Notes under the pieces: model-generated | The model's input: only the letters and a program-made list of their open reading frames with translations | The model's database searches: none | Told to the model about the DNA's origin: nothing | Program-made: the position numbers and the translations under genes | Shown: piece by piece, positions 22,240 through 32,820 of the stretch | Position numbering within the stretch: the stretch's first letter is position 1 | How the letters are laid out: each line of letters begins with the position of its first letter | Assembly: GCA_040220235.1 (NCBI GenBank) | Contig: JAVJTO010000020.1 | From: Coleofasciculus sp. B1-GNL1-01 | GTDB lineage: Bacteria; Cyanobacteriota; Cyanobacteriia; Cyanobacteriales; Coleofasciculaceae | Length of the DNA: 52,173 bases | Reading direction: 5' to 3' (one strand)

Positions 22240-22749
22240 GATCCAAAAAAATGTTGACAATAATTATAGGATTAAAATTTTGTCATCGTTATAGTTTAGT
22301 AGCATACGGAATAGACAATACAGCTCGGATCAGCTCTAATTCTTCTCCCTCTCCTCCTCTAGTGCAAGAAGATAGAAATAACTGAACAGCTACTAGCTCC
22401 CCCAGCGTCTTAGAACTCTCTTCTTAGCCGAGCAGTATAGGGGCGTGCAAGGGAGATTTTCGCGGGTCAGTACTGACCACCCCACTGCACTAGCCAAATT
22501 TTGCCGACGGGAGAAGGAGCAACTGCGATCGCATAAGTAAGTTAGCTAACCCTTGCTAAGACAAGTCTATTCTTCATCATACCTTAGTCTAGCTTTCTGG
22601 AACGTCGCCCAAAAGCGGCTATCCCTCCCACCGTCTTGGCTGGGGTAGTAAGGATAGCCATTGTGTACTGTCTTCACCGTTGATGGTTCAGACCAGATTC
22701 TTCGCTTCGATATCATACGACAGGTTAGAACGCAACTTGGTATCAAATC

Positions 22750-23397
22750 CTATAGCCCGGATGAAAACTGTTGCTTGGGCCACTGATACTTCGTTCTTGA
22801 CTTCAGGGATTCAGCTTGACGACTACCTCCCACATTTCCCAAGGCGGTATTTCCTTTGCTCTTACTACTTTGTAACAACTGGTGAGCCATTAACACCATT
22901 AATGATTCAAAAACTGACGTTTTTTCATTCGGATTTAGTGTAACAATGGGCGGTCGGTTTTTGTCATTCATAAAGCCGAGGGCAAAGGCAACATGCTCTT
23001 GTCCCAAAGCGCCAGGTAAATCCATACAAGTTAGACCGATTATCATCGGAATTTGGACTCGGCTGTTCATAAACGAGATAATTTCGCGAGCATCATTAAA
23101 AGAGCTAGAACGATTGGCTGCTACCAGTAAAATATAGGCATGAGCGCGACGAATCAATAAATCCCACATAAAATCAAAGCGCGATTGACCGGGAGTCCCA
23201 TAAACTTGTAACTCCATATCCCGACCTAAAATTCGCGTACCAAAATCGAAAGCAACAGTTGTGCGTTTCTTCATTAACGATGTGTTATCTGTCGCTTTGC
23301 GTTCTGTGTCAATTACTGTCGTTTGACTAAAAGTTCGCACAAACGTCGATTTACCAGCACCTACTGTTCCGGTTACGACAAGACGCATTGTTTCCAT
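22750..23397 (-). CDS. MglA/CvnD-like small GTPase
   Basis: GTVGAGKST P-loop, TTVAFDFG, YGTPGQxRF; GGAG ribosome-binding site before ATG 23397. Confidence 0.9.
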   Translation of the reverse strand: METMRLVVTGTVGAGKSTFVRTFSQTTVIDTERKATDNTSLMKKRTTVAFDFGTRILGRDMELQVYGTPGQSRFDFMWDLLIRRAHAYILLVAANRSSSFNDAREIISFMNSRVQIPMIIGLTCMDLPGALGQEHVAFALGFMNDKNRPPIVTLNPNEKTSVFESLMVLMAHQLLQSSKSKGNTALGNVGGSRQAESLKSRTKYQWPKQQFSSGL

Positions 23398-23553
23398 TAT
23401 ATTTTCTCCGCAGTATTTCACCTAAGTTTATGAACGTCAGATCCGTTAAGCGAGTAACTTCCTTACAGCACACCACTGTAAAAACATATAAAATTACCCG
23501 GAATTGCACTACAGCCGAAATTAATTAGCTAACCTTTAGTGTTGTCTAACCAT

Positions 23554-24108
23554 TTAAACGGAACTGGCTCCGGCGGCAATGAGTCGCTTAAATAGACGTT
23601 CAGTCCAGCCTGTTTCTTGAAGTACGGCGGCTGCACTGACTTCAATGTAGGCTTGCTCAATGAAGGCTAAATCGATCATACAAATTCGACTGAGTGCTTC
23701 TTGCAATTCAGCAGGTTTGTCATTGGCTTTGAGTCGTTTGTCTATATCTCGTATCACCGTTGCCATCGCCGGAACAACATGTTGAGGTCCAATGCCAATT
23801 CGCACATGCACTAAGCCAATCCGCCAACGACGTTCAGCATAAGCATTCCCCCAGTCATCCATACCCGTAAACATTTCGTAAAACCACTGAACAAAGGTTT
23901 CCCGGAGCCGATGGATGCGATCAGGTGTGTGATTTAAAATTGCATTCATTTCTGGATCGCTGCCTAAGTAAGCGTAGAACTGTTCGGCTACCTCTGGTGC
24001 AATTTCTTTTCCCCAATCAGCATGGGATTTCAAGAGGGATTTATCGGTTTCAGTGAAATGAATCCGAAATTCCATCTTTTGCAAAAAATCATAAGCGTTC
24101 AGGGTCAT
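23554..24108 (-). CDS. Stand-alone protoglobin (sensor globin)
   Basis: FYAYL (B10 Tyr) and RRWRIGLVHVRIG (proximal His). Confidence 0.88.
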   Translation of the reverse strand: MTLNAYDFLQKMEFRIHFTETDKSLLKSHADWGKEIAPEVAEQFYAYLGSDPEMNAILNHTPDRIHRLRETFVQWFYEMFTGMDDWGNAYAERRWRIGLVHVRIGIGPQHVVPAMATVIRDIDKRLKANDKPAELQEALSRICMIDLAFIEQAYIEVSAAAVLQETGWTERLFKRLIAAGASSV

Positions 24109-24334
24109 ATTTTTCTCTGATCTGGAGTTTAGGGTAAGTCTCAAAATAGAGTCTTCTCTAGTTTTAGCAATTTTTCTAGAGTATTGTCTGCTTGGTTTAT
24201 GATAAAACTATGAATATTTTGAATGAATGGTAAAAGGCAGATAGCATCAGGTTTATTATGTGTACGTGCTTGTTTAAGCCGTTCAATCTATCCTACTCTT
24301 TATGGCGACAGCTATCCCATTCATGCTATTCAAG

Positions 24335-24363
24335 CTTTTCCATAATTTTCTCCCAAATCCGGA
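24335..24363 (-). promoter_or_regulatory. DIF1-like promoter candidate
   Basis: TCCGGA at 24358-24363, N17, then GAAAAG, upstream of the protoglobin. Confidence 0.4.
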
Positions 24364-24459
24364 CGATCTGGTAATTTTTTGGCGTTAAGCCTGTATAGTT
24401 TTATGAAGCTAATTTTTAGAGTTGTGTAGCTCTAAAAACGAGCCAGTAGATTAGATGTT

Positions 24460-26454
24460 TCACCCTGTTAACATAATGATAGACAGAATTAAACTCATTA
24501 TCAGGATAAATGCGCCCCCCCAATAAAGAATGAGACGCTGAGGCTGAGGCGTCTGAGTAGAAGAAGAAGTTTCAACGCTTTGTCCTTTAATCGACTGTAA
24601 CCATTCAGCGACTCGTTGAAACTTGGGCAAGTTTGGATGAAGTTTTGTTAGCGAGTCTTGCCATAACTGAATAGCTTGTTCTGGCTGATTATTTTGAGCA
24701 GAGAAAATACCCATATTGGCTAACGTCTGACCTTCTCGGTAGCGATCGCGTAACTCTTGGAACATGGACAGACTCTGCTGATAGCAATCGATCGCGTCCT
24801 GGTTCTGCTGCTGCTGAAAATACACATTCCCCAGATTACTGAACGTCTTTGCCATTCCGGGGCGATCGCTCAACTCGTTAAAAATACCCAAACTCTGCTG
24901 ATAACATTGGTTCGCCTTTTCCCACTGACTGGCTAACGAATACACATTTCCCAAATTAATCAGTGTCTGCGCCTCTTTGTCGCGATCGCCTAATTCTCGG
25001 CTGGCTGCCAAAGCCAATCCATGAGTGCGTTCCCAGTCTCCCCAGTACCCATGGGTATTAAAGAAATTAACCAAATTCTGAGCTAGAGACACCACCACAT
25101 CCCACGCCTCCGCTTGATGCGCCCACTCCACCGAGGCTAATATATTCGGTCGCTCGATTTCAAACCAGTATAGAGCCGTCAACAACCAACGACGCTCCGT
25201 AGGTACTTGCTCTTTACCCTTAACCACAGATTGAACCAACTGGCGACGAGTTTCTGGATTAATCGCCAAATCCACCATTTCAGCCGTCTCCAGATACCAG
25301 CGACTCAGGCGTAATCGAGCCGCTTGTCGCACATCCGCAGGTTCTTGCTGCGCCAACTGTCCTCGGGCAAACAAGCGCACCACATCATGGAAACGGTAAC
25401 GCCCTGGACTCACTGGGGTGACAAGCTGCCATGCCACTAACGTATCAAAAGAGTGCTGCGCGATCGCAGATTCCACCTCTAACAACCTTGGCGCAACTTC
25501 TGCCTTAAAATTGACACCGACTAAAAGTCCCAGTAAACGGAACAAACGCGCCGATGCTTCATCCAGTGACTGATAACTGAGGATAAGGCTAGGGCGCACC
25601 GACAAATCACTCAGGTGCATTTGTGCCAGTCGCCGTTTTTCATGCTTAAGTTTACTAGCATAATCAGCCAGTTGCCAGTGGGGGGATTGGCGCAGAAAAC
25701 CCCCTGTAATCCGTAGCGCCAACGGCAGATAATCGCACTGAGCCATAATCTGTTGAGTGGCGTCTGGTTCAGCCGCGATTACCTCTGCACCAATAAGATT
25801 TTCCAGGAGCGATCGCGCCTCGGGTTCACTCATCATCGGTAACTCGACAATCGTCGCCTCCTCCAACCCGTTAATCTGGCGGCGAGTCGTAATTAAAACC
25901 GCACAAGTGGAACATTTAGGGAGTAAAGGACGAATCTGAAACTCATCGCGGGCGTTGTCCAGGATAATTAATACCCGTTTCCCTGCTATCACAGAATGAT
26001 ACAGTTGAGAACGTTCACTCAAACTTTGAGGCATCGACTGATCCTCCACACCCCAAACCCGCAGAAACCCCGCAAGTACGTCTAAGGGGTCGAGAGGTTG
26101 TCCTTCACTTCCACGCAGGTTGATATAGAGTTGAGCATCGGGAAACTCAGATTGTAACTCATGGGCAACTTGCACTGCTAAAGCCGACTTGCCCACACCT
26201 GCGACACCCGTGACGAGTGCGATCGCCGCCTGGGATTCTTGACCCAATGTTGCCTGTCTTAGCACCTGGGTTATGCGTTCGAGTTCCCCTTGGCGACCTG
26301 TAAAATCAGCCAGTGGCAGCGGTAACTGATAGATCGAAGTCGGGTGAGTCAACGTTTGCTGATAAATCTGTTTTGCTTGACTGGGGTCAACCGTCACCGC
26401 ATCTTGCACTAAACCATGAAAGTGCAATTCATATCTTGATTTATTTCCACTCAT
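24460..26454 (-). CDS. STAND NB-ARC NTPase with TPR repeats and a C-terminal membrane anchor
   Basis: DFTGR, GVAGVGKS, ILDNA, LITTR, LPLAL, RFHD; TPRs with NLGNVY; hydrophobic tail. Confidence 0.9.
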   Translation of the reverse strand: MSGNKSRYELHFHGLVQDAVTVDPSQAKQIYQQTLTHPTSIYQLPLPLADFTGRQGELERITQVLRQATLGQESQAAIALVTGVAGVGKSALAVQVAHELQSEFPDAQLYINLRGSEGQPLDPLDVLAGFLRVWGVEDQSMPQSLSERSQLYHSVIAGKRVLIILDNARDEFQIRPLLPKCSTCAVLITTRRQINGLEEATIVELPMMSEPEARSLLENLIGAEVIAAEPDATQQIMAQCDYLPLALRITGGFLRQSPHWQLADYASKLKHEKRRLAQMHLSDLSVRPSLILSYQSLDEASARLFRLLGLLVGVNFKAEVAPRLLEVESAIAQHSFDTLVAWQLVTPVSPGRYRFHDVVRLFARGQLAQQEPADVRQAARLRLSRWYLETAEMVDLAINPETRRQLVQSVVKGKEQVPTERRWLLTALYWFEIERPNILASVEWAHQAEAWDVVVSLAQNLVNFFNTHGYWGDWERTHGLALAASRELGDRDKEAQTLINLGNVYSLASQWEKANQCYQQSLGIFNELSDRPGMAKTFSNLGNVYFQQQQNQDAIDCYQQSLSMFQELRDRYREGQTLANMGIFSAQNNQPEQAIQLWQDSLTKLHPNLPKFQRVAEWLQSIKGQSVETSSSTQTPQPQRLILYWGGAFILIMSLILSIIMLTG

Positions 26455-26795
26455 CGATTGCTGCTATATAAAACTAACAATGACCCTCATACTTCAGCCT
26501 AGTCACCCTAACCTAAGCTGGAAATTGGTTTGGTCTTACCGATAATACAGACTGACAACGACCTGTTATCACCTGCCATATCCTCAGTTTTTTCTCCGGG
26601 CAAAAATATAGACATTCCCCTAAATCTATCCTGACTCAATTTTTTATAAAACGCCAGATATAAGTGTTACATCACTCAAATTGGTTTGATTTTTATCTTC
26701 AATCAAATAAAATTAGCGGACGACCCGGTAAGATTAATGACCAACTGAAGTCTACTCAATTTACTCGGATCGCCCGATACTAAAGCTGGCAAGTT

Positions 26796-27461
26796 TTAAT
26801 GTTTTGCCAACGTTAATTCGTAGAGTAAAGCCGCCGCAGCACCTCCTAACAATGGACCAACCCAATACACCCAAATATTACTGAGTCCTCCCCCTAATAA
26901 AGCCGGTCCTAAGTGTCGTGCGGGATTCATTGCCCCCCCACTAATCGGACCGCCAGCGAGGATATCTAGAGCTACCGTTAATCCGATAAATAATCCCCCA
27001 ATTTGGGGGGCGCGTGGATCAATAGCTGTGCCGAAAATAACAAAGACTAAGAAAAACGTCAGAAAAAACTCCATCGTTACTCCACCAATCGGACTGACTC
27101 CCGATCCCAAAGCTGGCGTACCCATACTGACAGCATTGAGAACCTGGTTGGGAATACTCAGCTTGATCAAACTAGCGGCGAAAATCGCGCCTAAACACTG
27201 GCAGAGAACATATCCACCTGCATTCTTGGGATCAATTTTACCGGTTAGCCATGCTCCAAATGTCACGGCGGGATTGAGATGTCCACCACTGACGGCGGCT
27301 GTGGCGGTAACCATTACAGCGATGGTTAAGCCATGGGCTAAAGCAATACCCGTTAGTCCGGCGGCTCCTTTAGTGATATGGTTCGCTGCGATCGCGCCAA
27401 CTCCAATGAAGATTAAGGCAAACGTACCAATAAATTCTGCAATGAATGCTTTTCCTTTCAT
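26796..27461 (-). CDS. MIP-family aquaporin
   Basis: SGGHLNPAVT and MNPAR motifs, six hydrophobic helices. Confidence 0.93.
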   Translation of the reverse strand: MKGKAFIAEFIGTFALIFIGVGAIAANHITKGAAGLTGIALAHGLTIAVMVTATAAVSGGHLNPAVTFGAWLTGKIDPKNAGGYVLCQCLGAIFAASLIKLSIPNQVLNAVSMGTPALGSGVSPIGGVTMEFFLTFFLVFVIFGTAIDPRAPQIGGLFIGLTVALDILAGGPISGGAMNPARHLGPALLGGGLSNIWVYWVGPLLGGAAAALLYELTLAKH

Positions 27462-27932
27462 CGCTTTAATTTCTCCTACAGTACATCGTGTTAGCTGGCT
27501 GATCAACGTTGGCTTGATTTGATGATGCCAACGAGAACGTATCTAGTCATAGATGTTTTGTGATTGATGTCCCTGTAATGGAGATGTAACACCTCGATTG
27601 TTTTCGCAACTGAGTGGGTGAACCGATGTTCAACTCAGGTTAAAACCCATCGTGTAAAGCTTGAAACTGGATTGGTACACGGGTTTAGGTAAAATCGAAA
27701 GAAAAACGAATATCCTCCTAATTGGTTAATTTTCAAGAGAGAGACGCTGATTTTTTGCGTCCCACTCGGAAAATAGTTGTACCGATTCACCTGGAAACTT
27801 ACTGTAATTTTTATCGACATCCCACTCATGAATTGAGTTGTAAGACTAACTCAGGCTACATCTTAGCTTAAGATTGGGGTGATAATAAATTACAGTTCCT
27901 TTTTAAAAGTCATCGACTTATAACGGAATAGA

Positions 27933-28304
27933 CTACCTCATCGCCACTTTCAAGTCATCAACGATACGCTGAATCTCTAACTGTAAAACACCCTGTTTGG
28001 CATCTTTCCCGGCGAGGACGATTAAAACAGCATCGTTACCACAATTGGTCAAAATGCTAAACCCTTCACCACTGGCAACGCTGATTTGATCCATGCCGCC
28101 TTTAGCGAGTTCAGCTCCAACTTTCTCACCCAGAGACAGCATCGTAGCTGACATGGCAGATACCCGCACATCATCAATACCACCGGGTAAACTGGATGCA
28201 AGTGGCAAACCATCTGGAGTTACCACGGCAGCTCCCTCAACATCAGAGACTTTATAGACAAAGTTTTGGAGGATACGAGTCATTTTGTCAGCATCAATCG
28301 GCAT
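27933..28304 (-). CDS. Roadblock/LC7 (MglB-like) protein
   Basis: VVTPDGLPLAS and VSAMSATMLSLGE. Confidence 0.9.
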   Translation of the reverse strand: MPIDADKMTRILQNFVYKVSDVEGAAVVTPDGLPLASSLPGGIDDVRVSAMSATMLSLGEKVGAELAKGGMDQISVASGEGFSILTNCGNDAVLIVLAGKDAKQGVLQLEIQRIVDDLKVAMR

Positions 28305-28398
28305 TTTTTTGCTCCTACGTATTTTCAGAGATTTAAGTTCAGTAACTTATTAGTCTTTGATTGACTGAAACAAACTGACAATGTTTATTTCTATTAAG

Positions 28399-28427
28399 TT
28401 CTTCATTAAAACAATCTTAATTCCGGA
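28399..28427 (-). promoter_or_regulatory. DIF1-like promoter candidate
   Basis: TCCGGA at 28422-28427, N17, then GAAGAA, about 120 nt upstream of the roadblock gene. Confidence 0.45.
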
Positions 28428-28707
28428 TGTTTTTTGTTAATTTACAAGTTCTTTAAAGATAGTTTTTTAGCAGTAATTAACGCCCAAGTGAGTCTATCAT
28501 TGGCAATTTTTATTGCCAATAATAACCTTGTATTAAATACTACAATTAAGCTAATTAAAATCAGTAGTTTGAAATTTTTATCGGCATAACACTAAGACGT
28601 TTAAGAACTTCTGAGTGAGAATTACAGCACTTTCCGCTCTTATGGGATACGTTTGATCCCCCTAAATCCCCCTTAAAAAGGGGGACTTGAACGGTAGCAG
28701 GGTGTGT

Positions 28708-28868
28708 TAAGTGGGTGGACACAATTAAGGTTAACGGTTGAGATGAGGGAACAGGGAACACCTCGACCCTTCGACAGGCTCAGGGCATCGCTTACCTCGA
28801 CTCCGCTCGGTAACACGCTCGGTGTGTCACAGGGAACAGAGAACAGTAGGGTGATTTACTTGCACTTA
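28708..28868. mobile_element. Partial MITE, same family as 1..131, reverse orientation
   Basis: TAAGTGGGTGGACACAATT end and GGGAACA repeats. Confidence 0.65.
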
Positions 28869-29001
28869 ATACAGCCATTACCCCTGTATTTTGCCGATTG
28901 AGTCGTTCAAATTCAATTGATCATTCCATAAGTAAGCGAGGGTAATTTGGGCAGAGAGAACAGTTCCGTAGTATTCACCCTGAAAAAATTGACGAGACAA
29001 A

Positions 29002-29150
29002 GCTAACCTCAGCGCAAGTCGGTGAGGTTGGCGTAAGGGAAGCCTACCGTTCAAACAAATAAGCTTAACTTAGTCATGACAAAAGACGTTTGGCTTTTAT
29101 CGTGACGTGAAATAGAACATCTTTACTGATGTTTTACTTCCGCGTAGCGG
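29002..29150 (+). ncRNA. Candidate structured non-coding RNA
   Basis: Five consecutive hairpins, G-U wobbles on the + strand, no sizeable ORF. Confidence 0.3.
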
Positions 29151-29466
29151 TACTTGTTAAGTGACCTAGAAGCTAAAAACTATTTGGTCAATAAGTGGGT
29201 CGTTTATGTTTGCCAATTTACACTAGCGAACAAATTTTATTACCTGAGAAGTTTAGGTTTGTACTACATGTGTATAACATGTTTTACGTTATCTAAACCC
29301 TAGTGCGATCGCTAAACAATTGTCAATACAGTTAAGTATTCTTTTTTTACTTAAAGCCATAATTTTTTTTTATTTATAAGTGTTGTCATAAAGCTTACTC
29401 CCCTCCCCGTAGAAGATTACCTATTTTTATCTCCCCCAACTCTCCAGACGCTTCTTGCATCGCGAA

Positions 29467-29673
29467 GGGAACAGGGAACACCTCGACTTACCTCGACTTA
29501 CTTCGGACTTCGGCGTGAGGCTTCGACGGTGAGCGCTCAGCCGAACCGCGCTCAGTCGAACGCTTCGCTCAGTAACACGCTCGGTGTGTCACAGGGAACA
29601 GGGAACAGTAAGGGTTTGAGGGTCATTTACAAAACTTGTCGGAGCGTGCTGTTTTCTTTTGTCCGACCACTTA
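29467..29673. mobile_element. Partial MITE, same family as 1..131
   Basis: GGGAACA repeats and TTTTGTCCGACCACTTA end. Confidence 0.65.
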
Positions 29674-29809
29674 GCGCTCCCCAAATGCTCCCCGTTCTCT
29701 AACCAACCCATGAAAAAACCCGGTTAAAACCGGGCAACACTACCATTTGATGGAAAACTTATCCAGTCATTAAGCTATGTTGACAAATTTTTGAATACCA
29801 AGTGGAGTA

Positions 29810-30193
29810 CTACTTTGTAAGTTCATAGTCACAGGTGAGTGGGCAAGCTGCAAAAATTGACTTATGAAGAATATTCTGCTCACCATGTAACCAGCTTAAC
29901 CAACGGACTTCCTTCGGATTGACGCCCTTAAAGGTTAATACAGCAGCGCCGAACAAAATACCAAAAACATTCGCGCCAATCAAACCAACGGCGACAAGCA
30001 AAACGGCACTAATTGGCAAAAGTGATTGTAAGGAAATCGCCATAATTGCTCCAAGCGCCACCATTAAGACAATCAGCGGAAACCCTGCCACTAAGAGACT
30101 TACGGTTAGGGTAAATGTCCAAATTAAGAAGCCTGTGACCTTTTCGTTGAGTGAATACGTCTTTGTTAAGTTTTCACGGGTTGTCATTTCCAT
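29810..30193 (-). CDS. Small hypothetical membrane protein
   Basis: AGGAGG ribosome-binding site before ATG 30193; long hydrophobic segment; C-terminal ACPLTC. Confidence 0.7.
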   Translation of the reverse strand: MEMTTRENLTKTYSLNEKVTGFLIWTFTLTVSLLVAGFPLIVLMVALGAIMAISLQSLLPISAVLLVAVGLIGANVFGILFGAAVLTFKGVNPKEVRWLSWLHGEQNILHKSIFAACPLTCDYELTK

Positions 30194-30658
30194 GGACGTT
30201 CCTCCTATCGGGGGTAAAAAATGGTCTTTATGTAACAAACCTTTAATCAATTTCTGTAATGTAAGAAATTACGAAGGTAAAAACCAGTATAGTGAACTTC
30301 TCCGGAGAAATGAGCTTTTTTTTAAAAAAATTTACAATCAGGGTAGACTATTTATGGATCGCTGAGAAGATCAGACCGACAAGTGAGTTCAAGCCTTGAT
30401 TCCAGTTCATCTCTGCCTATAGATAGATATTACTGAGCTGTTTAGCCTCCAAACCCTTCAAGGGTATGCCCTTAGCGCCTTCATAACTTGAATATGACCA
30501 ATCCCCTAGATTGATTTTGTTAACATTTCTTATGGTTTTGTGCCATGCTTCTCATAAACGCTCGGCTAACTTCAAAATTAAGTATCTGGACATACAATTC
30601 TGTACACTGTACTAAGAAATGTTAATCAGCGTCTACTTCCCCTCAATCCAAATAAGCA

Positions 30659-30691
30659 AGATCCCCGACTTCTCCAAGAAGTCGGGGATCT
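30659..30691. repeat. Palindromic repeat or terminator-like hairpin
   Basis: AGATCCCCGACTTCT-CCA-AGAAGTCGGGGATCT downstream of the last tandem unit. Confidence 0.6.
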
Positions 30692-30718
30692 GTATAACTA
30701 CCTAGATAGGCGAATCCA

Positions 30719-31090
30719 TTAAGACAGAACCATCCGCAATTCACCCAGAGTGCGCTTGATGTCCAGCATCAACAGTCCTTGCTTCGCCGTTTTCGTCGCC
30801 AGGACTAGAAACACGGTATCTTCACCACAACTGGTGAGGATACTTAAGCCCAGATCACCCTCGACATAGATACGATCAATTGCACCGCGAACTAATTCTT
30901 TACCAATCCGTTCCCCTAAGGAAAGCATCGCCGCCGACATTGCAGAGACTCGTTCGTCATCCATACCACTGGGTAACGTTGTCGCCAGAGGTAAACCATC
31001 AGGGGTGACAATCGCAGCCCCTTCCACATCAGACGCGGCGGAAGCAAAGTCTTTGATGATCATTCCTAGTTTTTCGGCGTTAATCGCCAT
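30719..31090 (-). CDS. Roadblock/LC7 (MglB-like) protein, tandem unit 1
   Basis: TPDGLPLA and DERVSAMSAAMLSLGERIG; AAGGAG 7 nt before ATG. Confidence 0.92.
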   Translation of the reverse strand: MAINAEKLGMIIKDFASAASDVEGAAIVTPDGLPLATTLPSGMDDERVSAMSAAMLSLGERIGKELVRGAIDRIYVEGDLGLSILTSCGEDTVFLVLATKTAKQGLLMLDIKRTLGELRMVLS

Positions 31091-31174
31091 TTGCATACTC
31101 CTTATTAAATTTCCAACAGTCTTTGCAGTAATAGATACTGAAAGCTGAGACGGCTCCCGTTCCTCCCGACACTG

Positions 31175-31696
31175 TTACTCTTTGAGTTCAGGACGAACAT
31201 TCCTGTTGATTTCACCCATAATGGTGTACTCAAACAGATCACAGCTACCACCTTGTAAGAGTGATTCAATTTGATTTCCCTGCAAGCGCTGATCTAAAAA
31301 GGCTTCGAGAAATCCTTGAATCGCCCCCATGGTGAAAGAAGCTACCCGGGTTGAGCCTTGAAGTTCACCGACGGAGTCAAAGGTTTCGCGAGTATAGACT
31401 TAGTAGACATCGCCGTCTTTGATTATCTTGTCAATGACGCACAAACGAGATCCCTCTTTGCCCAAGGCTAGCTGGGCTTTTTCCGTAATGTCTTCCAGGG
31501 ACACGGAGGCATCCTTGTCTACCAAATTGAGCTTTTCGGCTAGCTCTTTACCCCGTTGGCGACCTGCAGAAAGCATGGCGATCGCCGCCGCTTTGTCACC
31601 TAGGGCATCCTCGATACCACTAACGATCGCCTTCATTTCTCCAATACTGCCAAAGTCTCCCAGTTCTTGACGTGGATCTTTCGCTGAATCTGCCAT
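31175..31696 (-). pseudogene. V4R-domain gene with in-frame nonsense codon, tandem unit 1
   Basis: Colinear with 32821..33342 (both 522 nt), but AAA is TAA at 31400-31402. Confidence 0.85.
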
Positions 31697-31979
31697 AGTA
31701 TTTTCCTCATTTGATGTTCAATTTTCGTTGTAATTAAGAGTTCAACTGTTCAGACAAAAATATGTTTCAACAGCCAAATTCTGGGAGGGGTCTTAGGAAA
31801 TAATTCCTGTTCTTGTTATAGCAGTTAATTACCGAAATATCTGAAGAATAAATGGTTTCTTAATTAATTTATGCAAATAATTTAATTGTAAATAAACTCC
31901 CTAAATAAAAACAAATAAAACAAAAAAATAGCAAACAATCGAAAATACACCAAAAACAAATTAAGCAACAGAAAGATAA

Positions 31980-32216
31980 TATAGCAATCCTATTTAGGTC
32001 GTGGCAATTTTCAAAAATGAAACCCTTGCTATACCTGGGTTTCGAGCATTTTGCTTGTTGCATCCTATTTAGGATTGCTATATAGCAATTCTAAATAGGT
32101 CTTGAAAAAGAAGAAAATAGAAAAAAGCTTTGAAACTCTTTCCCATTGCCCATTCCCCATTCCCCATTCCCGAAAATTATCAGATTTTTGGACACGACTC
32201 AAATAGGATTGCTATA
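31980..32216. mobile_element. Two adjacent TATAGCAATCC-family MITEs
   Basis: 31980-32082 and 32081-32216, each bounded by TATAGCAAT...ATTGCTATA and sharing a TA. Confidence 0.75.
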
Positions 32217-32265
32217 CCCGATTCAATGGTAAAATCTATTCCATGATTTTAGCTGTGTCACACCA

Positions 32266-32293
32266 GTAGGGACACGACATGTCGTGTCCCTAC
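32266..32293. repeat. GTAG-type REP palindrome
   Basis: GTAGGGACACGACATGTCGTGTCCCTAC. Confidence 0.7.
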
Positions 32294-32364
32294 TAATGGT
32301 GATTGAGAGGCTAAGATAGGCTTGCAGCCTTATGCTTTTCTTGGTTAGCTAGGTGATCAATCAA

Positions 32365-32736
32365 TCACGATAGAACCATCCGCAATTCACCAACGGTGCG
32401 CTTGATGTTCAGCATCAACAGTCCTTGCTTCGCCTCTTTCGTCGCCAGAACCAGAAACACGGTATCTTCACCACAACTGGTCAAGACACTAAAGCCCTTT
32501 TCACCCTCGACATAGATACGATCAATTGCACCGCGAACTAATTCTTTACCAATCCGTTCCCCTAAGGAAAGCATCGCCGCCGACATTGCAGAAACCCGTT
32601 CGTCATCCATACCACTGGGTAACGTTGTCGCCAGAGGTAAACCATCTGGAGTGACAACCGCTGCTCCTTCGACGTCAGACGCGGCGGAAGCAAAGTCTTT
32701 GATGATCATACCTAGTTTTTCGGCGTTAATCGCCAT
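32365..32736 (-). CDS. Roadblock/LC7 protein, tandem unit 2
   Basis: Near-identical to the unit 1 roadblock. Confidence 0.92.
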   Translation of the reverse strand: MAINAEKLGMIIKDFASAASDVEGAAVVTPDGLPLATTLPSGMDDERVSAMSAAMLSLGERIGKELVRGAIDRIYVEGEKGFSVLTSCGEDTVFLVLATKEAKQGLLMLNIKRTVGELRMVLS

Positions 32737-32820
32737 TTGCATACTCCTTGTTAAATTTCCAACAGTCTTTGCAGTAATAGATACTGAAAGCTGAGATTTT
32801 TTTGGTTCCCCCCAACGCTG

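Noticed and set aside
22440..22660. Palindrome GGTCAGTACTGACC and GGCTATCC/GGATAGCC stem as a riboswitch
   Set aside because: No match to a family I recognise and no second copy to show conservation.
27740..27790. c-di-GMP-I riboswitch-like GAGTGGGACGCAAA on the minus strand upstream of the aquaporin
   Set aside because: It lacks the GGCAAA lead-in, the GNRA tetraloop and the second stem with its receptor; probably chance.
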